From positions 1 to 46,376 of the IMG/VR virus record IMGVR_UViG_3300032227_000651: 46,376 bases of DNA. One strand, given 5' to 3'. The notes beneath the pieces are model-generated. The model was not told the origin of the DNA. It did no database searches and saw only the letters and a list, made by a program, of their open reading frames with translations. The stretch comes from a virus (taxonomy: Duplodnaviria; Caudoviricetes). The translations under genes were made by a program, and so were the position numbers. Below are positions 44,754 through 46,376 of the stretch, piece after piece (position 1 is the stretch's first letter; each line of letters starts with the position of its first letter).

Positions 44754-44996
44754 ATGGACAACCTAAACACAATTTGGTCTTCGGGTCTTACAATGGCTTT
44801 GACAGTCATTGGTTTCTTGCTCAAAGAGAAGTTTGCTGAACTGACCCGGCTTAACCTGTTGCTCAACAAAACCCGCGAGGAAATTGCCCGTGATTACGTT
44901 ACTCAATCAGAAATTCAGCGCATTACTGACCACATTGATCAACGCTTTAACAAGCTTGAAGCAAAAATTGACCAGCTTATTCAAGCGGGGAAGTGA
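44754..44996 (+). CDS. Small TM plus coiled-coil protein
   Basis: 80 aa, N-terminal hydrophobic helix, then TREEIARDYVT and RFNKLEAKID. Confidence 0.65.
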   Translation: MDNLNTIWSSGLTMALTVIGFLLKEKFAELTRLNLLLNKTREEIARDYVTQSEIQRITDHIDQRFNKLEAKIDQLIQAGK

Positions 44997-45454
44997 TGCC
45001 GAGCACAAGTAAAAAGCAACACAATTTCATGGCTGCGGTGGCTAATAACCCAGCGTTTGCCAAGAAAGCCGGGGTTCCGCAATCTGTAGGTAAAGACTTT
45101 ACCGCCGCAGACAAGGGGCTTAAACTTAAAACTGGGGCATCTAGGCCCAGTTTGCAACGTATCAACAAACCTGTAACCAATCAGGGCAAGAACGAACTGT
45201 TCAAGAAAGGTGGCGACACTATGGCTTCTAAGATGAATCCCGGTTTTATGGCGATGATGGCAAAGAAGAAGGGCGCTGCGCCTTCTCCAATGGGTAAGCC
45301 CGTCATGAAAAAAGGCATGGACACGGCTAAAAATGGCATGAAGATGGCTGGTGGCGGTTTGGCTGCTGGGCACAAGAGCGCGGATGGGATTGCCAAAAAA
45401 GGCAAGACTGAAGCACGTACAGTAACGATGAAACGCGGCGGCAAAGCCTGCTAA
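44996..45454 (+). CDS. Lys/Met-rich basic protein, putative internal head protein
   Basis: 152 aa starting MPSTSKKQHNFMAAVA, with FKKGG, MAGGG and MKRGG motifs and an ADGIAKKGKT tail. Confidence 0.75.
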   Translation: MPSTSKKQHNFMAAVANNPAFAKKAGVPQSVGKDFTAADKGLKLKTGASRPSLQRINKPVTNQGKNELFKKGGDTMASKMNPGFMAMMAKKKGAAPSPMGKPVMKKGMDTAKNGMKMAGGGLAAGHKSADGIAKKGKTEARTVTMKRGGKAC

Positions 45455-45464
45455 GGAGTTAATC

Positions 45465-45935
45465 ATGGCTGACCAAGACGAAATTGTTGCTCGCAAACGG
45501 CCTGACCAAAGCCGTCTCAAAGTCTCTAAAGAAGAGCTAGACGCATCGGGTCTTAGCTTGCGTGACTTTATGAACCAGAAACAAGGGCTGACTCGTCGAG
45601 ATGACGCCCCGAGCAGCGGCCCGGGCCGCAAGCCTTCTGGCCCCAAAAAGTCAGAATGGGACGATAACAGCACGCCTATGAAGAGCATGCCAAAAACAGA
45701 GAGCCAAGGTTCTATGCCTATTGGCGACACCACCTACTCCAAAACTGTCAAGGCGACTGGCGGTGGCGGTGAAGGTAGCGGGTTTTTAGGCAAGAAAATG
45801 CGTGAAGCTATGGGTTCCAAGTTTGCAAAAGGCGGTTCGGTTTCTTCCGCATCCAGCCGTGCGGATGGCTGCTGTGTCAAGGGTAAAACCAAGGGTACGG
45901 TTGTGGGTATGAAAATGGGCGGCATGTCCTGCTAA
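45465..45935 (+). CDS. Low-complexity protein with shared C-terminal motif, putative internal head protein
   Basis: 156 aa, AAGGAG RBS, ending FAKGG...RADGCCVKGKTKG...MKMGGMSC. Confidence 0.75.
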   Translation: MADQDEIVARKRPDQSRLKVSKEELDASGLSLRDFMNQKQGLTRRDDAPSSGPGRKPSGPKKSEWDDNSTPMKSMPKTESQGSMPIGDTTYSKTVKATGGGGEGSGFLGKKMREAMGSKFAKGGSVSSASSRADGCCVKGKTKGTVVGMKMGGMSC

Positions 45936-45945
45936 GGAGTAGTTT

Positions 45946-46376
45946 ATGAACGCACGAGATTTAGCCGCCTTAGCTGCTCTTGGAGCAGTTGGATATCACC
46001 TTTCTAAAGGCAAAGGGAAGAAGGGCGACGCAGAAGGCGCTGTAGATGCGTCCCCTGAAAAAGATAGCGGTTATTCCTCCACCGCCGATGCAAAAAGCGA
46101 TATCCGTGGGGGTGGTTTTGATAACACCCGCGAAGATATTAAACGCAGTGACATGGACGACTTTAAAGGCGTTCGCCAGCCTACGCGCCCCGGGCAAGAT
46201 AAAAGTGGGGTTCGTAAAAGTTCTGTAACCTCTAAACCGGCAACTGCTGAAAAAGCTCCTGAAAAAGCTCCTGAAAAAGCTCCTGTAGAAGATTACGGAA
46301 ACGAAGGCCGTCGCGCCAGTAGCACGGGCGACAAAATTGCAGCGTTGAACGCCAAAAACGGCGCGGCTAGCGCTAG
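45946..46376 (+). CDS. Low-complexity protein (3'-partial, not in ORF track)
   Basis: ATG 45946 with an AAGGAG RBS. MNARDLAALAALGAVGYHLSKGKGKK... stays open to the window end. Confidence 0.75.
   Translation, partial: MNARDLAALAALGAVGYHLSKGKGKKGDAEGAVDASPEKDSGYSSTADAKSDIRGGGFDNTREDIKRSDMDDFKGVRQPTRPGQDKSGVRKSSVTSKPATAEKAPEKAPEKAPVEDYGNEGRRASSTGDKIAALNAKNGAASA
46247..46285 (+). repeat. 12-bp in-frame tandem repeat x3 (EKAP)
   Basis: CTGAAAAAGCTC repeated three times. Confidence 0.9.

Noticed and set aside
1-46376. tRNAs, DGR/retron reverse transcriptase, integrase, lysin, stop-codon recoding
   Set aside because: I saw no cloverleafs or RT/recombinase motifs, and genes read normally in code 11. 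Tail and lysis genes probably lie outside the window. A tRNAscan or HMM run would be needed to exclude weak cases.

Overview
This is a partial (about 46 kb, both ends inside genes) genome of a tailed dsDNA bacteriophage with podovirus-like architecture. A freshwater betaproteobacterial host is my guess from gene content only. Layout: (1) 1-9908 (+) internal-virion/ejection genes (a Gly/Asp-rich repeat protein, a GNAT-like protein, a Gln-rich ejection protein, a 1942-aa polyvalent protein with an HExxH peptidase). (2) 9905-33106 (-) replication and early genes: primase-helicase, SSB-like protein, SNF2 helicase, PD-(D/E)XK exonuclease, family A DNA polymerase (Leu762 type), VRR-NUC, a MoxR-like AAA plus metallopeptidase/vWA pair and many small ORFs, with an iteron-rich, AT-rich origin-like region at about 30650-31160. 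(3) A C-rich divergence point at about 33180-33370, a candidate genome terminus. (4) 33504-46376 (+) packaging and head genes: TerS, TerL, portal, GroES-like, scaffold, Mu gpT-like major capsid protein, then a very acidic moron, an HNH gene, a doubly pseudoknotted RNA leader, and small basic proteins sharing a C-terminal motif. I saw no tRNA, CRISPR array, integrase or reverse transcriptase. Best candidates for undescribed biology: a dispersed [FYMA]-[AKS]-x-G-G motif plus a shared ADG-x-x-x-KGKT tail in virion cargo proteins (possible processing and capsid-targeting code), the pseudoknotted RNA at 43051-43125, a structured leader upstream of the helicase, and a Pho-box-like promoter driving an acidic protein. 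Family calls come from motif recognition by eye, not database searches. Several ORF starts were reassigned using RBS and stop/start overlap evidence.
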